Positions 8,315-18,171 of a stretch of 64,000 nucleotides of DNA are shown piece by piece. The translations under genes and the position numbers were made by a program. The DNA is taken from positions 32,001-96,000 of the forward strand of contig JBBIRK010000001.1 in the NCBI GenBank assembly GCA_037441845.1, written 5' to 3'. The DNA comes from Candidatus Zixiibacteriota bacterium. Lineage in GTDB: Bacteria > Zixibacteria > MSB-5A5 > UBA10806 > 4484-95. The number at the start of each line of letters is the position of its first letter. The first letter of the stretch is position 1. The notes under the pieces are model-generated. The model was not told where the DNA came from, did no database searches, and saw only the letters and a program-made list of their open reading frames with translations.

Positions 8315-8759
8315 TCGATCGGAAAACGATCCGGTTAATCTCCCCGATTGCTTGAGCTGGACGTGCCATCCAGCGAGCATAAAAAGGAAAGCCGCCGTTC
8401 TAACGATACTTTTCGTGACCGCGGTTCTGGTGATCGTATATCTGGTGACACGATCGCCTTATATGGTTTTTCTGGCTGTGCTTTTGTTCACGGGATCTCT
8501 ATCGACGTTCTTCTTTCCGACGCGCTACGAGATAGATAGAAACGAAATCAGAGTGAAATATCTTTTTACCAATATCGAAAAGGACATGGCATCTTTTCGA
8601 TCATATTATCCCGATAAGAACGGGGTGCTTCTTTCTCCGTTCCCCAGGCCGTCGAGATTGGAAAATTTCCGCGGTCTATATGTGAGATATCATCGGAACA
8701 AAGCCGAGGTGGACGCTTTCATAGCCAAATTATTCGCCGAAAGATCGCATGGGAATTAA
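8298..8759 (+). CDS. Hypothetical membrane protein (2 TM + soluble PH-like tail)
   Basis: W..HP, two hydrophobic helices, then FFPTRYEID...GVLLSPF.RPSRLENFRGL. Overlaps neighbours on both sides. Confidence 0.75.
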   Translation: MKAPNNRSENDPVNLPDCLSWTCHPASIKRKAAVLTILFVTAVLVIVYLVTRSPYMVFLAVLLFTGSLSTFFFPTRYEIDRNEIRVKYLFTNIEKDMASFRSYYPDKNGVLLSPFPRPSRLENFRGLYVRYHRNKAEVDAFIAKLFAERSHGN

Positions 8760-9171
8760 GGATGTTTTCAGCATACCGGGCGGCAAAAACGATGATTCCA
8801 CCAAACCCACGCCCGAGGAACAAGAACTGATGGACCGGATCGCCAAACGGATCGTCAAATGGGGAATGACCGTTCCGGCGATCATGTTTCTCGAATCGGT
8901 AAAGCCGCTTAATTATATCGGTTCGCAGGTGATGGTATTTTTCGAGCCGTTCGTGGGGGCGATTTTCGACCTGAAAGATTACAGCCTGTTTCAACGGATG
9001 ATGGAAAAGCGGCATAACCTGGAAAATCTCTTGCTTACGATCGAGAAATTCGACGCCGAAGCGTTAGCCAACGAGAGGCAATTGAAACAACAGCGCAAAC
9101 GATCGGCGGGGACCGAACGCAAATCCATCATGCGCAGATTGGCATTCTGGAAAAAAACCGACGCCCGATAA
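8749..9171 (+). CDS. Hypothetical protein
   Basis: IAKRIVKWGM.VPAIMFLES.KPLNYIGSQ...FFEPF helical core with a basic tail. Overlaps the upstream stop. Confidence 0.75.
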   Translation: MGIKDVFSIPGGKNDDSTKPTPEEQELMDRIAKRIVKWGMTVPAIMFLESVKPLNYIGSQVMVFFEPFVGAIFDLKDYSLFQRMMEKRHNLENLLLTIEKFDAEALANERQLKQQRKRSAGTERKSIMRRLAFWKKTDAR

Positions 9172-9260
9172 AGCACTCTTCAACGGAAACAATCAAATTA
9201 TATCCGCATAAAATCAAGAGGATTTTAGCCCGATCCGATAGCGTCGCGAAACCGAAAAGG

Positions 9261-10058
9261 CTATAGCGATGGACGTAATTTAAGAACTTCCAGCATTTCT
9301 TGATGAATCAGACCGTTGCTGGCCACTATTTCGCCTTTATGAATACTTGACCGATTGCCGTCGAAATCGCTGAGCCTGCCGCCGGCCTCGGTAACCAGCA
9401 GCATTCCAGCGGCGATATCCCATGCCGATAGTTTATGCTCCCAGAAACCATCGAACCGCCCGCAGGCGACATAAGCCAGGTCGAGAGCGGCTGATCCAGC
9501 CCGCCTCACTCCTTGCGAAGATTTATAGAATCTGGCGAAATTGGCGAGATTATCGTCATCTGTTCGCCGGATGTCGTATGGAAAGCCCGTTGCCAGAAGC
9601 GAATCGCTCAGCTTGGCGATTGCCGACACGCCTATCGACTTCTGATTCAGGAATGCCCCTTCGCCGGCAACCGCGGTGAAGCACTCGTCGAGATTCGGAT
9701 TGAAAATGCAGGCCGCTTTCAGCTCATTACCCTGCGCCACCGCGATCGACACGCAAAAATGCGGCAGGCCGTGCGCGAAGTTGGTGGTACCATCCAGAGG
9801 ATCCACGATCCAGATATAACCGGAACGTCCTTCGCTCGAGGTTCCTTCCTCGGCCAGGAACTGATCATCGGGAAAAGCCGAACTGATAATGTCAAAAATC
9901 ATCCGCTCCGAACGGCGATCGGCCTCGGTTACCAGATTCACCTCGCCCTTAAAATCGATAGCATGGTGTTCAGTCAGCGATTCAATCAGATAGCGACCGC
10001 CGGCCCGCGCCGCCTTTGTCGCCGTTTCCAGCCTTCGTCTGAGATCACCTTCCGGCAA
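9261..10058 (-). CDS. suhB: Inositol monophosphatase family protein (SuhB-like)
   Basis: VTEAD, AEE, WIVDPLDGTTNF, RRAGSAALDLAYVACG, WDIAAG. TTG start with SD AGGAG inside the upstream ABC gene. Confidence 0.9.
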   Translation of the reverse strand: MPEGDLRRRLETATKAARAGGRYLIESLTEHHAIDFKGEVNLVTEADRRSERMIFDIISSAFPDDQFLAEEGTSSEGRSGYIWIVDPLDGTTNFAHGLPHFCVSIAVAQGNELKAACIFNPNLDECFTAVAGEGAFLNQKSIGVSAIAKLSDSLLATGFPYDIRRTDDDNLANFARFYKSSQGVRRAGSAALDLAYVACGRFDGFWEHKLSAWDIAAGMLLVTEAGGRLSDFDGNRSSIHKGEIVASNGLIHQEMLEVLKLRPSL

Positions 10059-11841
10059 CCGACAACTCCTGATCACGATATTGCAATTGATACAATCGAT
10101 AATAGATGCCTTTGTTTTGCAAGAGTTCCGCGTGGGAACCGATTTCTCTTATCCGGCCTTTATGCAAAACGATAATGCGGTCGGCATCTTTGATTGTCGA
10201 TAGGCGGTGGGCGACAATAATGGAAGTGCGACCCTCGAACAGCTTTTTCAAGGCGTTCTGAATCACGATTTCCGTTTCCATATCGACCGACGAGGTGGCT
10301 TCATCGAGAATAAGAATTGCGGGATCGAATGCGAGCGCCCTGGCGAAAGCGATAAGCTGCTTCTGGCCCACCGATAAATTAAGCCCCCGTTCGCGCAGCT
10401 GATGGGCATAGCGATCTTCAAATTTCTCGATGAAGCCGTGAGCGCCTATCTTGATCGCCGCGTTTTTCACGATCTCCAACGAAATATCATCGGAGTCGAG
10501 GCGAATGTTTCTTTCGATGCTTCCCGAAAAAAGAAAAACGTCTTGAAGCACGAGGGCGATATTTCGGCGCAGGCTTTTTTCGGGGAGGTTCTTTATCGAT
10601 ATACCATCGACGAGTATGTCGCCGCGGTCGAATTCGTAAAAACGACAAAGCAAACTGATGAGAGTGGTCTTGCCGGATCCGGTGGCTCCTACAATTGCCA
10701 CCTTCTCGCCTGCTTTCACGTGAAGATTGATATCTTTGAGTATCTCGACACCCGGAGTATAGGCGAAATTCAGGTCTTTGAATTCAATTTCACCCTTAAA
10801 CCGCCGTAAGTCACCGTTGCCCTTGGGATTTATTATCGACGATTCGGTGTCGAGCAGCTTGAATATCCTTTCGGATGAAGCCATGGCCGATTGCAGTATG
10901 TTGTATTTTTCCGAAAGGTCTCTTATCGGCTGGAAAAAGCGATCGGCATATTGAATGAACGCGACCAGCGCGCCTAAGGTCAACGTTCCGGTCAGTATGC
11001 GGGAGCCGCCGTAGCCGATGATAATCGCCAGCGCAATCGCCCCGATCAATTCGATGACCGGAAAAAAGACTGAGTAATAGAAGACCCCTCGCAAGTGGGC
11101 GTTTCGCAACTGGCTGTTCAAAGCGTCATAATCGTCTCTGACTTTATTTTCCACGGCGAAACTCTGAACCACGCTGATTCCGGAAATATGTTCCTGCAAG
11201 TACGAGTTGATTTTGGCAGTCCAGGAGCGGACATCGCGATACGATTGTCTCACTTTCGATCGGAACACCGCCGTGGCGATCACGATCAGGGGCAAAACCA
11301 AGAACACCATGAGCGCGAGTTCGGCATTAAGCGCCAGCATTATGACCACTATTCCGATCAGCATAAAGATATCGCCGAAAACCGCCACCACGCCCGAGGT
11401 GAACATTTCGTGAAGCACCTGAATATCGCTGGTGATCCGGGTCATCGTTCGACCAACAGGATTTCGATCGTAATAGGAAAGATCAAGGTGCATAACATGT
11501 CGGAACAGCTGCAAACGCAAATCGCGCATCGCCATCTGTCCCACATACTGCATCAAATAAACCTGGGCATATTGCAACGAAAATCCAACCGCTACGACCG
11601 CCAAAAACAGGAGAATGATTCGAAACAATCCGGCAGAGTCTTTATGGCCTATATAGTTATCGATAGCTATTTTTGTAAGATACGGTCCGGAAAGCTGAGC
11701 CAGCGACGAAGCAAGCAATATCAGCACGCTCAAGGCGATAAGCCAGGAATAAGGCTTAAGATAAGAAAGAAGACGCTTCATCAAGCGCGAATCGTACGCT
11801 TTGCCCAGAACTTCATCGTCATGAAACGAGTCGGTCATCAA
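10045..11841 (-). CDS. Heterodimeric ABC exporter, subunit B (TMD-NBD)
   Basis: Six-TM TMD, GATGSGKT, degenerate signature LSVGQ, canonical Walker B ILDE, AHR. N-terminus DEVLGKAYD.RL..RLL.Y. Confidence 0.93.
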   Translation of the reverse strand: MMTDSFHDDEVLGKAYDSRLMKRLLSYLKPYSWLIALSVLILLASSLAQLSGPYLTKIAIDNYIGHKDSAGLFRIILLFLAVVAVGFSLQYAQVYLMQYVGQMAMRDLRLQLFRHVMHLDLSYYDRNPVGRTMTRITSDIQVLHEMFTSGVVAVFGDIFMLIGIVVIMLALNAELALMVFLVLPLIVIATAVFRSKVRQSYRDVRSWTAKINSYLQEHISGISVVQSFAVENKVRDDYDALNSQLRNAHLRGVFYYSVFFPVIELIGAIALAIIIGYGGSRILTGTLTLGALVAFIQYADRFFQPIRDLSEKYNILQSAMASSERIFKLLDTESSIINPKGNGDLRRFKGEIEFKDLNFAYTPGVEILKDINLHVKAGEKVAIVGATGSGKTTLISLLCRFYEFDRGDILVDGISIKNLPEKSLRRNIALVLQDVFLFSGSIERNIRLDSDDISLEIVKNAAIKIGAHGFIEKFEDRYAHQLRERGLNLSVGQKQLIAFARALAFDPAILILDEATSSVDMETEIVIQNALKKLFEGRTSIIVAHRLSTIKDADRIIVLHKGRIREIGSHAELLQNKGIYYRLYQLQYRDQELSVAGR

Positions 11842-12428
11842 GTCATCCCGTTCTTTTCTGAAAGCGAAATTCGGCCTATCATTTCGAAGTAGCAGCGGGT
11901 GATGAATTCACGATATCGGAATCCGGCGGTGTTCAATTTGAGCAGGATATCGTTGAATCGGAGGATTTCGGCCATGGTTACGAAACGAGCCTCGCGTATT
12001 TCCCTCAGATCCTTGGGGGCGATTTCCCCGGAAACATATTCGGCCGAAAAAATATGCGATGTCCAGTCGATAAATCGGTTCTCGGAATAAAATCTGCAGG
12101 TCGTCCGTAGGACGTATCGCGTCGGCTCGATCAAGACGCCGGTTTCCTCGAAAGCCTCCCTTATCGCCCCTTCGGCGAGGGCCTCTCCCCTTTTGGCCGC
12201 ACCCGAGGGCGCCCGGAAAAGCGAACGCGGATAAAAATGTTTGGCGATGAATAGATAACGATCGTTCTTGCGGATCATTATCGTTATATCATGCGCCCGT
12301 CCGTCGCGCTGGCTCTCCCCTATTCTCGCGAGCTCTTTTTCCGCCGCGGCGATAGCGGTGGAAATCTCGATCGGCTTTCCGAACCTGCGTTCGGTATCCG
12401 CAACGATCTCCGGAGTCACGTAAGTCAA
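11838..12428 (-). CDS. Nudix hydrolase
   Basis: Nudix box G-AAKRG-E-ALAEGAI-REAFEETGV. TTG start overlaps the upstream TGA (TTGA) with SD GGAG, and the stop overlaps the next ATG. Confidence 0.85.
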   Translation of the reverse strand: MTYVTPEIVADTERRFGKPIEISTAIAAAEKELARIGESQRDGRAHDITIMIRKNDRYLFIAKHFYPRSLFRAPSGAAKRGEALAEGAIREAFEETGVLIEPTRYVLRTTCRFYSENRFIDWTSHIFSAEYVSGEIAPKDLREIREARFVTMAEILRFNDILLKLNTAGFRYREFITRCYFEMIGRISLSEKNGMT

Positions 12429-14167
12429 ATCGTCTCCAACTCCTGCTCGATAAGTTGCCGCTCGTGCAACATCGAATAAAGTCCGCCTTTGGCAAGCAGT
12501 TCGTCGTGGACGCCGCCTTCGATGATCTTGCCCTGATCGAGTACGTAAATCATATCGCAATTTTTCACGGTGGAGATGCGATGAGAGATCATGATCACGG
12601 TGCAATCGGCGAGCGCATCGGCGAATTTGTTCAAGATATTCTCCTCGGTCGAGGTATCCACCGAGGAAAATGCATCGTCGAGAATTACGATTTTGGGGTT
12701 GATCGCCAGAGCTCGGGCCAAAGCCAGCCGTTGTTTTTGACCGCCCGAAAGAGTGATTCCCCGCTCGCCGATAAGGGTTTCGTAGCCATTCTCGAAAGCG
12801 TTGATATCCTCCGCAATGGATGCGGTGACGGCAAATTTAACCGGATCCGCCGCGTCGGATTTCGCCCCGAATCCGATGTTGTTTTTTATCGAGGTCGAAA
12901 AAAGAAACGGCTCCTGGCTGACAAGTCCTATTTGCGATCTGAGGGCGGCCGGATCATAGCGGTTTATATCAACGCCATCGATGAATAACATGCCGTCTTC
13001 GACCGGATACAACTTCGGAATCAGCGAAATCAGTGTCGATTTTCCGGATCCGGTGCGGCCGACCAACGCCACCCGGCTGCGCGCCGGTATTTTCATATTT
13101 ATTCCACTTAACACCGGTTTGCCGTTGTAGGCAAAATGAAGGTTACGGAACTCGATATCTCCTCTTATGGCATGCGTTATGGCGCAGGTCGGCGGAAATA
13201 TCAACGGCCGGCTGTTGAAAACCTCGGCTATTCTTTTCATGGAGGCCATTCCCCGCTGATATAATCCAGCCACCCAGCCGAGGGCGGCCATCGGCCAGAG
13301 CAAAATCATCAGGTATGAGGCGAATGCGACCAGATCGCCTAACGTGCTGGTGCCTTTAATCACCTGGCCGCCGCCGATCCAGAGCACAAGGGCGATCGAA
13401 ACTCCCGCCAGGCCGAAGATAATGGGAAAGAAAAGCCCCCAGACGCGGATCATGTCGAGGTTACGTTTGATAAATTCACCGTTGATACCCGCGAAGCGCC
13501 GCCAGGCGTTGTCCTCCTGAACATAAGCCTTGATGACTCTGATGCCGGACAAGTATTCCTGCACCTCCGTGGTGAGGGCGGAATACTGCTCCTGAATCCG
13601 CGAATAATGTCTATGGACTTTGCGGCCGAGAAAATAGGTGGAGATCGATATCAGGGGCAACGGCGAAATCGATATCAAAGTCAGAATTGGATTTATCACC
13701 AACATCATCGCCAGCGCCAAGGTGAAGGTAAACACGGTATTGGTGAAATACATGATCCCCGGACCTATCATATTCCTCACGGCTTCAAGATCGTTGGTCG
13801 CCCTGGCCATGATATCGCCGGTGGGCGTCTTATCAAAATACGGACGATCGAGAGTCAGAATTTTATCGAAATAGTCGCGGCGAAGGTCATATTCAATTTT
13901 GCGCGATGCCACAATCATCGTCTGACGCATGAAAAACAGAAATACACCCTGAATCAAGGTCGATAACACTATAATAACCGCATAGCGGACCAGCTTGCCG
14001 ATATCGACGCCGGTATTCAGAGAATCGACCGCCTGTCGCAGCACCCATGGCACCACCATGGAAAACGAAACGGATAAAATTACGGCGCCCAGCCCGAGCA
14101 ACCAGCGCATGCGATAGCGCAGGATATATTCCAGAATTAATTTGCCTGCGGTTTTCTGCATCTCCAT
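12425..14167 (-). CDS. Heterodimeric ABC exporter, subunit A (TMD-NBD)
   Basis: TMD with TGDIMARATNDL..VR..GPG, GRTGSGKS, LSGGQ, degenerate Walker B ILDD, SHR. Start placed downstream of the promoter. Confidence 0.93.
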   Translation of the reverse strand: MEMQKTAGKLILEYILRYRMRWLLGLGAVILSVSFSMVVPWVLRQAVDSLNTGVDIGKLVRYAVIIVLSTLIQGVFLFFMRQTMIVASRKIEYDLRRDYFDKILTLDRPYFDKTPTGDIMARATNDLEAVRNMIGPGIMYFTNTVFTFTLALAMMLVINPILTLISISPLPLISISTYFLGRKVHRHYSRIQEQYSALTTEVQEYLSGIRVIKAYVQEDNAWRRFAGINGEFIKRNLDMIRVWGLFFPIIFGLAGVSIALVLWIGGGQVIKGTSTLGDLVAFASYLMILLWPMAALGWVAGLYQRGMASMKRIAEVFNSRPLIFPPTCAITHAIRGDIEFRNLHFAYNGKPVLSGINMKIPARSRVALVGRTGSGKSTLISLIPKLYPVEDGMLFIDGVDINRYDPAALRSQIGLVSQEPFLFSTSIKNNIGFGAKSDAADPVKFAVTASIAEDINAFENGYETLIGERGITLSGGQKQRLALARALAINPKIVILDDAFSSVDTSTEENILNKFADALADCTVIMISHRISTVKNCDMIYVLDQGKIIEGGVHDELLAKGGLYSMLHERQLIEQELETI

Positions 14168-14184
14168 GCCCAATATAAATCTCA

Positions 14185-14213
14185 ATAATGCACCGCCGGT
14201 TTCCTATTGTCAA
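14185..14213 (-). promoter_or_regulatory. sigma70 promoter for the ABC-Nudix-ABC-suhB operon
   Basis: TTGACA (14213-14208), 17 nt, CATTAT (14190-14185). Confidence 0.6.
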
Positions 14214-14257
14214 GCGAGTCGGTCGATGCGGATGAATCGACCGTTCGGTGAATTGCT

Positions 14258-14286
14258 TTGACAGCAATGATGACGCCCGATATTTT
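14258..14286 (+). promoter_or_regulatory. sigma70 promoter for the radical SAM operon
   Basis: TTGACA (14258-63), 17 nt, TATTTT (14281-86). Confidence 0.6.
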
Positions 14287-14310
14287 GATTTTGGGAGAAA
14301 TTGATCGGCG

Positions 14311-16842
14311 ATGAGAATAGATCACAAAAATCGGCTTTGGGATATTCTCGAAAGGTCGGTACTGCCGTTCGTCAGCAAGCCGGGAAGATATGTCGGGAAC
14401 GAATTCAACGTTATTGTCAAACGACATTCAGGCAGATTGAAAATCGCTCTCGCTTTCCCCGATATTTACGAGGTGGGTTCGTCCTATCTCGGTCTGCAAA
14501 TTCTTTATCACTTGATAAACAAACGAGATGACTGCCTTGCCGAAAGGGTATTCCAAGTTTGGCCGGATATGGAGGCAAGACTAAGGCAGCTTAATCTCCC
14601 GCTATTCAGCCTTGAGACGACTACGCCGCTTGAAGAATTCGATATTATCGGCTTTTCGGTTACTTACGAAATGCACGCGACCGGAATCCTCAATATGCTG
14701 GATCTGGCGAGAATTCCCCTTTGGGCATCGGATAGAGACGAACGGCATCCACTGATTATCGCCGGCGGACCGGCCATCGTAAATCCGGAGCCTCTGGCTT
14801 CCTTCTTCGACGCCATGTTCGTGGGGGACGCCGAGGAGACTATCGACGAACTGCTCGACGTCTTGATTCGGAACAAAGGCAACGGGCGTCGGGATACCCT
14901 GGCCGCGCTGGCAGTATTACCGGGAATGTATATACCGTCACTACAACATGGCGAACATGGGGCGGAAAGCATTCTACGGGACCCGATCGACCCGGCAAAA
15001 TCGACCGCCAAAGTGAAAATTCAATCGTGTAGAAAATTGAAAGCCGAGTATTATCCTTCAAGGCCGCTGGTACCGTTTTTGGAAATCACCCACGACCGCC
15101 TTTCTATCGAGATCATGCGGGGATGCGTCAGGGGCTGCAGATTCTGCCAGGCCGGATATCAATATCGCCCCCGCCGCTATAGGCCGGCATCTGAAATAAT
15201 GGCACAGGCGGCTGAAACGTTAAGAAATACTGGTTACGATGAGCTGACGCTATTGTCTTTATCATCGACCGATTATCCGGGACTGGAAACCTTGCTTCAG
15301 TCTCTTTCGGATATGGCTGATCGAGAGGGATTCTCGATATCGTTGCCATCTCTACGGCCGGGGACTTTGAACAGCACGATACTGAGAATCTTGAAGGCCG
15401 GCAGAAAAGGAGGCTTGACATTCGCTCCGGAGGCCGGGACCCAGCGGCTGCGGAATATACTGGGCAAGGATATAACCGAAGATGAAATTATGGGAGGAAT
15501 GAGACTGGCTTTCGCCGAAGATTGGCGGCTGGTCAAACTTTATTTCATGATCGGGTTGCCCGGGGAAACCGAGACCGATATCGAGGGAATTGCCGAACTT
15601 TTGAAAAAAATCAGCGCGGTCGCCCGCCAAGCCGGCAGAAACAGAAAAATCAACGTCACTATTTCCCCGTTTTGCCCCAAACCCGGCACACCCTGGCAGT
15701 GGGAAAAACAGCTGTCTGCCGAAGAAATCGACACCCTCTACCGAAAGCTAAGGCAACTTGTCAAATCGAGAAACGTGTTTCTCAAATTCCGCAATCCGGA
15801 ATTGGCCGTCCTCGAGGGAATACTGGGCCGCGGCGATCGGCGGATCAGCGAGGTGATTTTTGAAGCCTTCAAGAACGGTTCACGCCTGGACGGCTGGAGC
15901 GAGCATTTTCGGTTCGAGCATTGGCGAAAAGCTTTCGATAAAACGGGAATAGATCCTCAGGAATATCTCAAAGAAAAAAATCCTGCCGAGGTCCTGCCCT
16001 GGGATCATATCGAAAAAGGAATTCCGAAAAGATACCTTCTTTGGGAACGGGAAAAGGCGATGGCCGAAATGCCGGTGTACAAAAGGAAAATCGGCTTCCC
16101 CGGGACGGCGCTGAAAACCGACGATCATTTCGGACGCATTCCCCGGCCGCGAAAATACGAAAAGGCGTTGGCTGCGATTTTTCGGACGAGAGTGAAGTTC
16201 GCCCGTGATGAAAGATTGAAATATTATTCGCATCTCGATATCATGCGGGCGCTTCAAAGAGCCATAAAAAGAGCCGATCTGCCGGTGGCATTAAGTCATG
16301 GCCACAACAAACATATGAAGCTTGCTTTCGGACACCCTCTTCCCCTCGGTTACGTTTCAAAAGCGGAATATTTCGATCTTCAGACTGAGAAACCGCTCGA
16401 TACCGAAAGCATAGTCAGGTTGAAGAATAATTTGCCGGAGGGGTTCTCGCTGGAAGCGACGAGATTTTTCACCGGCGATGGTATCCCGCTGGTGAGGGCG
16501 GTCAACCTGATATGCTATCGCGTATATCTTGATGTGAACGAAGGCATTAGCGAGCAGCGGATAACCTCGTTAAGGGAATCGCAGGAACTTATCGTAAGGA
16601 GGGACCGGCCCAAAGGCCCTTGCTCGATTTCCGCCCGGGAATTGCTCCTGTCGATACGGCTCGTTGATGAAGGAATCGAGATGGAATTGGCTGTTGCCGA
16701 GGATAAAAACCTGCGGCCGTCGGAAGTATTGATATATGGTTTAGGATTTACGGCCGAAAAGGTATTGCCGATGATAATCGAGAGAACCGGGCAATATCAT
16801 CTGCAGGGAATACATAGGGTCGATCCGCTACAACTCGTTTGA
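14311..16842 (+). CDS. TIGR03960 B12-binding radical SAM protein fused to a TIGR03936 (DUF2344) radical SAM-linked domain
   Basis: V.KPGRY.GNE.N, AFPD.YEVG.S.LG, RGCVRGCRFC, TFAPEAG, F.PKPGTP. C-terminal SHLDIMRAL.RA..RA.LP..S.G...K.AFG.PLPLG. Confidence 0.9.
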   Translation: MRIDHKNRLWDILERSVLPFVSKPGRYVGNEFNVIVKRHSGRLKIALAFPDIYEVGSSYLGLQILYHLINKRDDCLAERVFQVWPDMEARLRQLNLPLFSLETTTPLEEFDIIGFSVTYEMHATGILNMLDLARIPLWASDRDERHPLIIAGGPAIVNPEPLASFFDAMFVGDAEETIDELLDVLIRNKGNGRRDTLAALAVLPGMYIPSLQHGEHGAESILRDPIDPAKSTAKVKIQSCRKLKAEYYPSRPLVPFLEITHDRLSIEIMRGCVRGCRFCQAGYQYRPRRYRPASEIMAQAAETLRNTGYDELTLLSLSSTDYPGLETLLQSLSDMADREGFSISLPSLRPGTLNSTILRILKAGRKGGLTFAPEAGTQRLRNILGKDITEDEIMGGMRLAFAEDWRLVKLYFMIGLPGETETDIEGIAELLKKISAVARQAGRNRKINVTISPFCPKPGTPWQWEKQLSAEEIDTLYRKLRQLVKSRNVFLKFRNPELAVLEGILGRGDRRISEVIFEAFKNGSRLDGWSEHFRFEHWRKAFDKTGIDPQEYLKEKNPAEVLPWDHIEKGIPKRYLLWEREKAMAEMPVYKRKIGFPGTALKTDDHFGRIPRPRKYEKALAAIFRTRVKFARDERLKYYSHLDIMRALQRAIKRADLPVALSHGHNKHMKLAFGHPLPLGYVSKAEYFDLQTEKPLDTESIVRLKNNLPEGFSLEATRFFTGDGIPLVRAVNLICYRVYLDVNEGISEQRITSLRESQELIVRRDRPKGPCSISARELLLSIRLVDEGIEMELAVAEDKNLRPSEVLIYGLGFTAEKVLPMIIERTGQYHLQGIHRVDPLQLV

Positions 16843-16846
16843 ACAA

Positions 16847-18163
16847 ATGCAACCGTCCGCCAGAGATATCGCCTATCGTTGCCTGATTCACTGGGAAAAA
16901 TCGGCAATCGATCCCCATGATCTGCTTGAGCCGCAGGTCGAGGATCTTAACCTGATAGCCGACAAGTCGTTGGCCCGCGAGCTTTTTCTCGGAGTAATCA
17001 GATGGCGCAGATTGCTGGATCATTATATCGATTCCTATTGCCGGCGACGCAACCTTCCCGGCAAGCTGAGAAATATATTAAGGTTGGGATTTTATCAGCT
17101 TCTTAAACTTAACAGGATACCACCGCATGCGGCGGTTTTCGAATCGGTGGAATTGGCGAAAAAATACGCAGGTGGCGAACAATCGAGGTTCGTAAATGCG
17201 ATACTACGGTCTTATTTGAGGGAACCGAGTAAGGCGGCCTTTCCCGACAAAGCGGCCGATCCGGTGGAATTGTTGGGGTTGACTAAATCTTACCCGAATT
17301 GGTTGGTGGACCGATATTTGAGGCGGTTCGGATATGAAGAATGTGTCGGACTGCTCGAATTCGGAAATCAGCCGGCCCCGGTAAGCTTTTTCATCAATCG
17401 GGCCTGTTCCGCAAATCCGACGGACTCAGGCGAATCACCGGGCGTATTCGAAATTATTGCGGGGCCGGCGTCATGGAAATACTATATAGCCAGAGACGGC
17501 CGAGAGGTGTTTAAATCGCGATTATTCGCCGCCGGACGCATTATTATCGGGGATCCATCGGCGGGAATGGCGCCCACGGCCTTGAATCCGGATAATGGCT
17601 CGCTGGTTCTGGACTTATGCGCGGCGCCGGGCGGCAAGGCGGCGGCATTGAGCGGGATGGTAGGGAAAGAAGGCGGGGTCATGGCATCCGATATATCCAT
17701 AAAAAGGTTAAAAAAAATGAAAATTAACTGCGATCGGTTGAATCTGAAAAATGTCTATTTGGCGGCGGTCGATCTTTTACAATTTGCCACTTCAAGAAAA
17801 TTCAAATATATATTGCTGGATGTCCCTTGCTCGGGGACTGGAACGATAAGGCGTAATCCCGACCTGCGTTGGAGGCTGCAGCCGGAGGATATCGAAAGAT
17901 TGGCAGGTTACCAGGCGAGTATGCTCGATGCGTCGGCTCGTCTGCTCGATCAAGGAGGCAGACTCGTATATTCGACATGCAGTATGGAGCCCGAGGAAAA
18001 TGAATTGCAGATCGAAAAATTTATCGGCGAAAACCCCGGGTTCCAGCTGGAAGATTCTTCTCAATTGGAGGAATACAGGATTGGGAAAGGAATGTATGCC
18101 ACCTCTCCGGTCCGCCATGGAATGGACGGTGCCTTTGTGGCTATAATCAGCAAGAGGAATTAG
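16847..18163 (+). CDS. rsmB: 16S rRNA m5C967 methyltransferase RsmB (NusB-like + SAM MTase)
   Basis: LRLGFYQL...IP.HAAV.ESV, FVNAILR, DLCAAPGGK, DVPCSGTG..RR.PD, YSTCS. Confidence 0.92.
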   Translation: MQPSARDIAYRCLIHWEKSAIDPHDLLEPQVEDLNLIADKSLARELFLGVIRWRRLLDHYIDSYCRRRNLPGKLRNILRLGFYQLLKLNRIPPHAAVFESVELAKKYAGGEQSRFVNAILRSYLREPSKAAFPDKAADPVELLGLTKSYPNWLVDRYLRRFGYEECVGLLEFGNQPAPVSFFINRACSANPTDSGESPGVFEIIAGPASWKYYIARDGREVFKSRLFAAGRIIIGDPSAGMAPTALNPDNGSLVLDLCAAPGGKAAALSGMVGKEGGVMASDISIKRLKKMKINCDRLNLKNVYLAAVDLLQFATSRKFKYILLDVPCSGTGTIRRNPDLRWRLQPEDIERLAGYQASMLDASARLLDQGGRLVYSTCSMEPEENELQIEKFIGENPGFQLEDSSQLEEYRIGKGMYATSPVRHGMDGAFVAIISKRN

Positions 18164-18171
18164 CAATATCA

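Noticed and set aside
12429..12605. Long N-terminal extension of the Nudix ORF overlapping the ABC gene
   Set aside because: Shadow of the ABC reading frame. A TTG start with SD overlaps the ABC stop at 12428.
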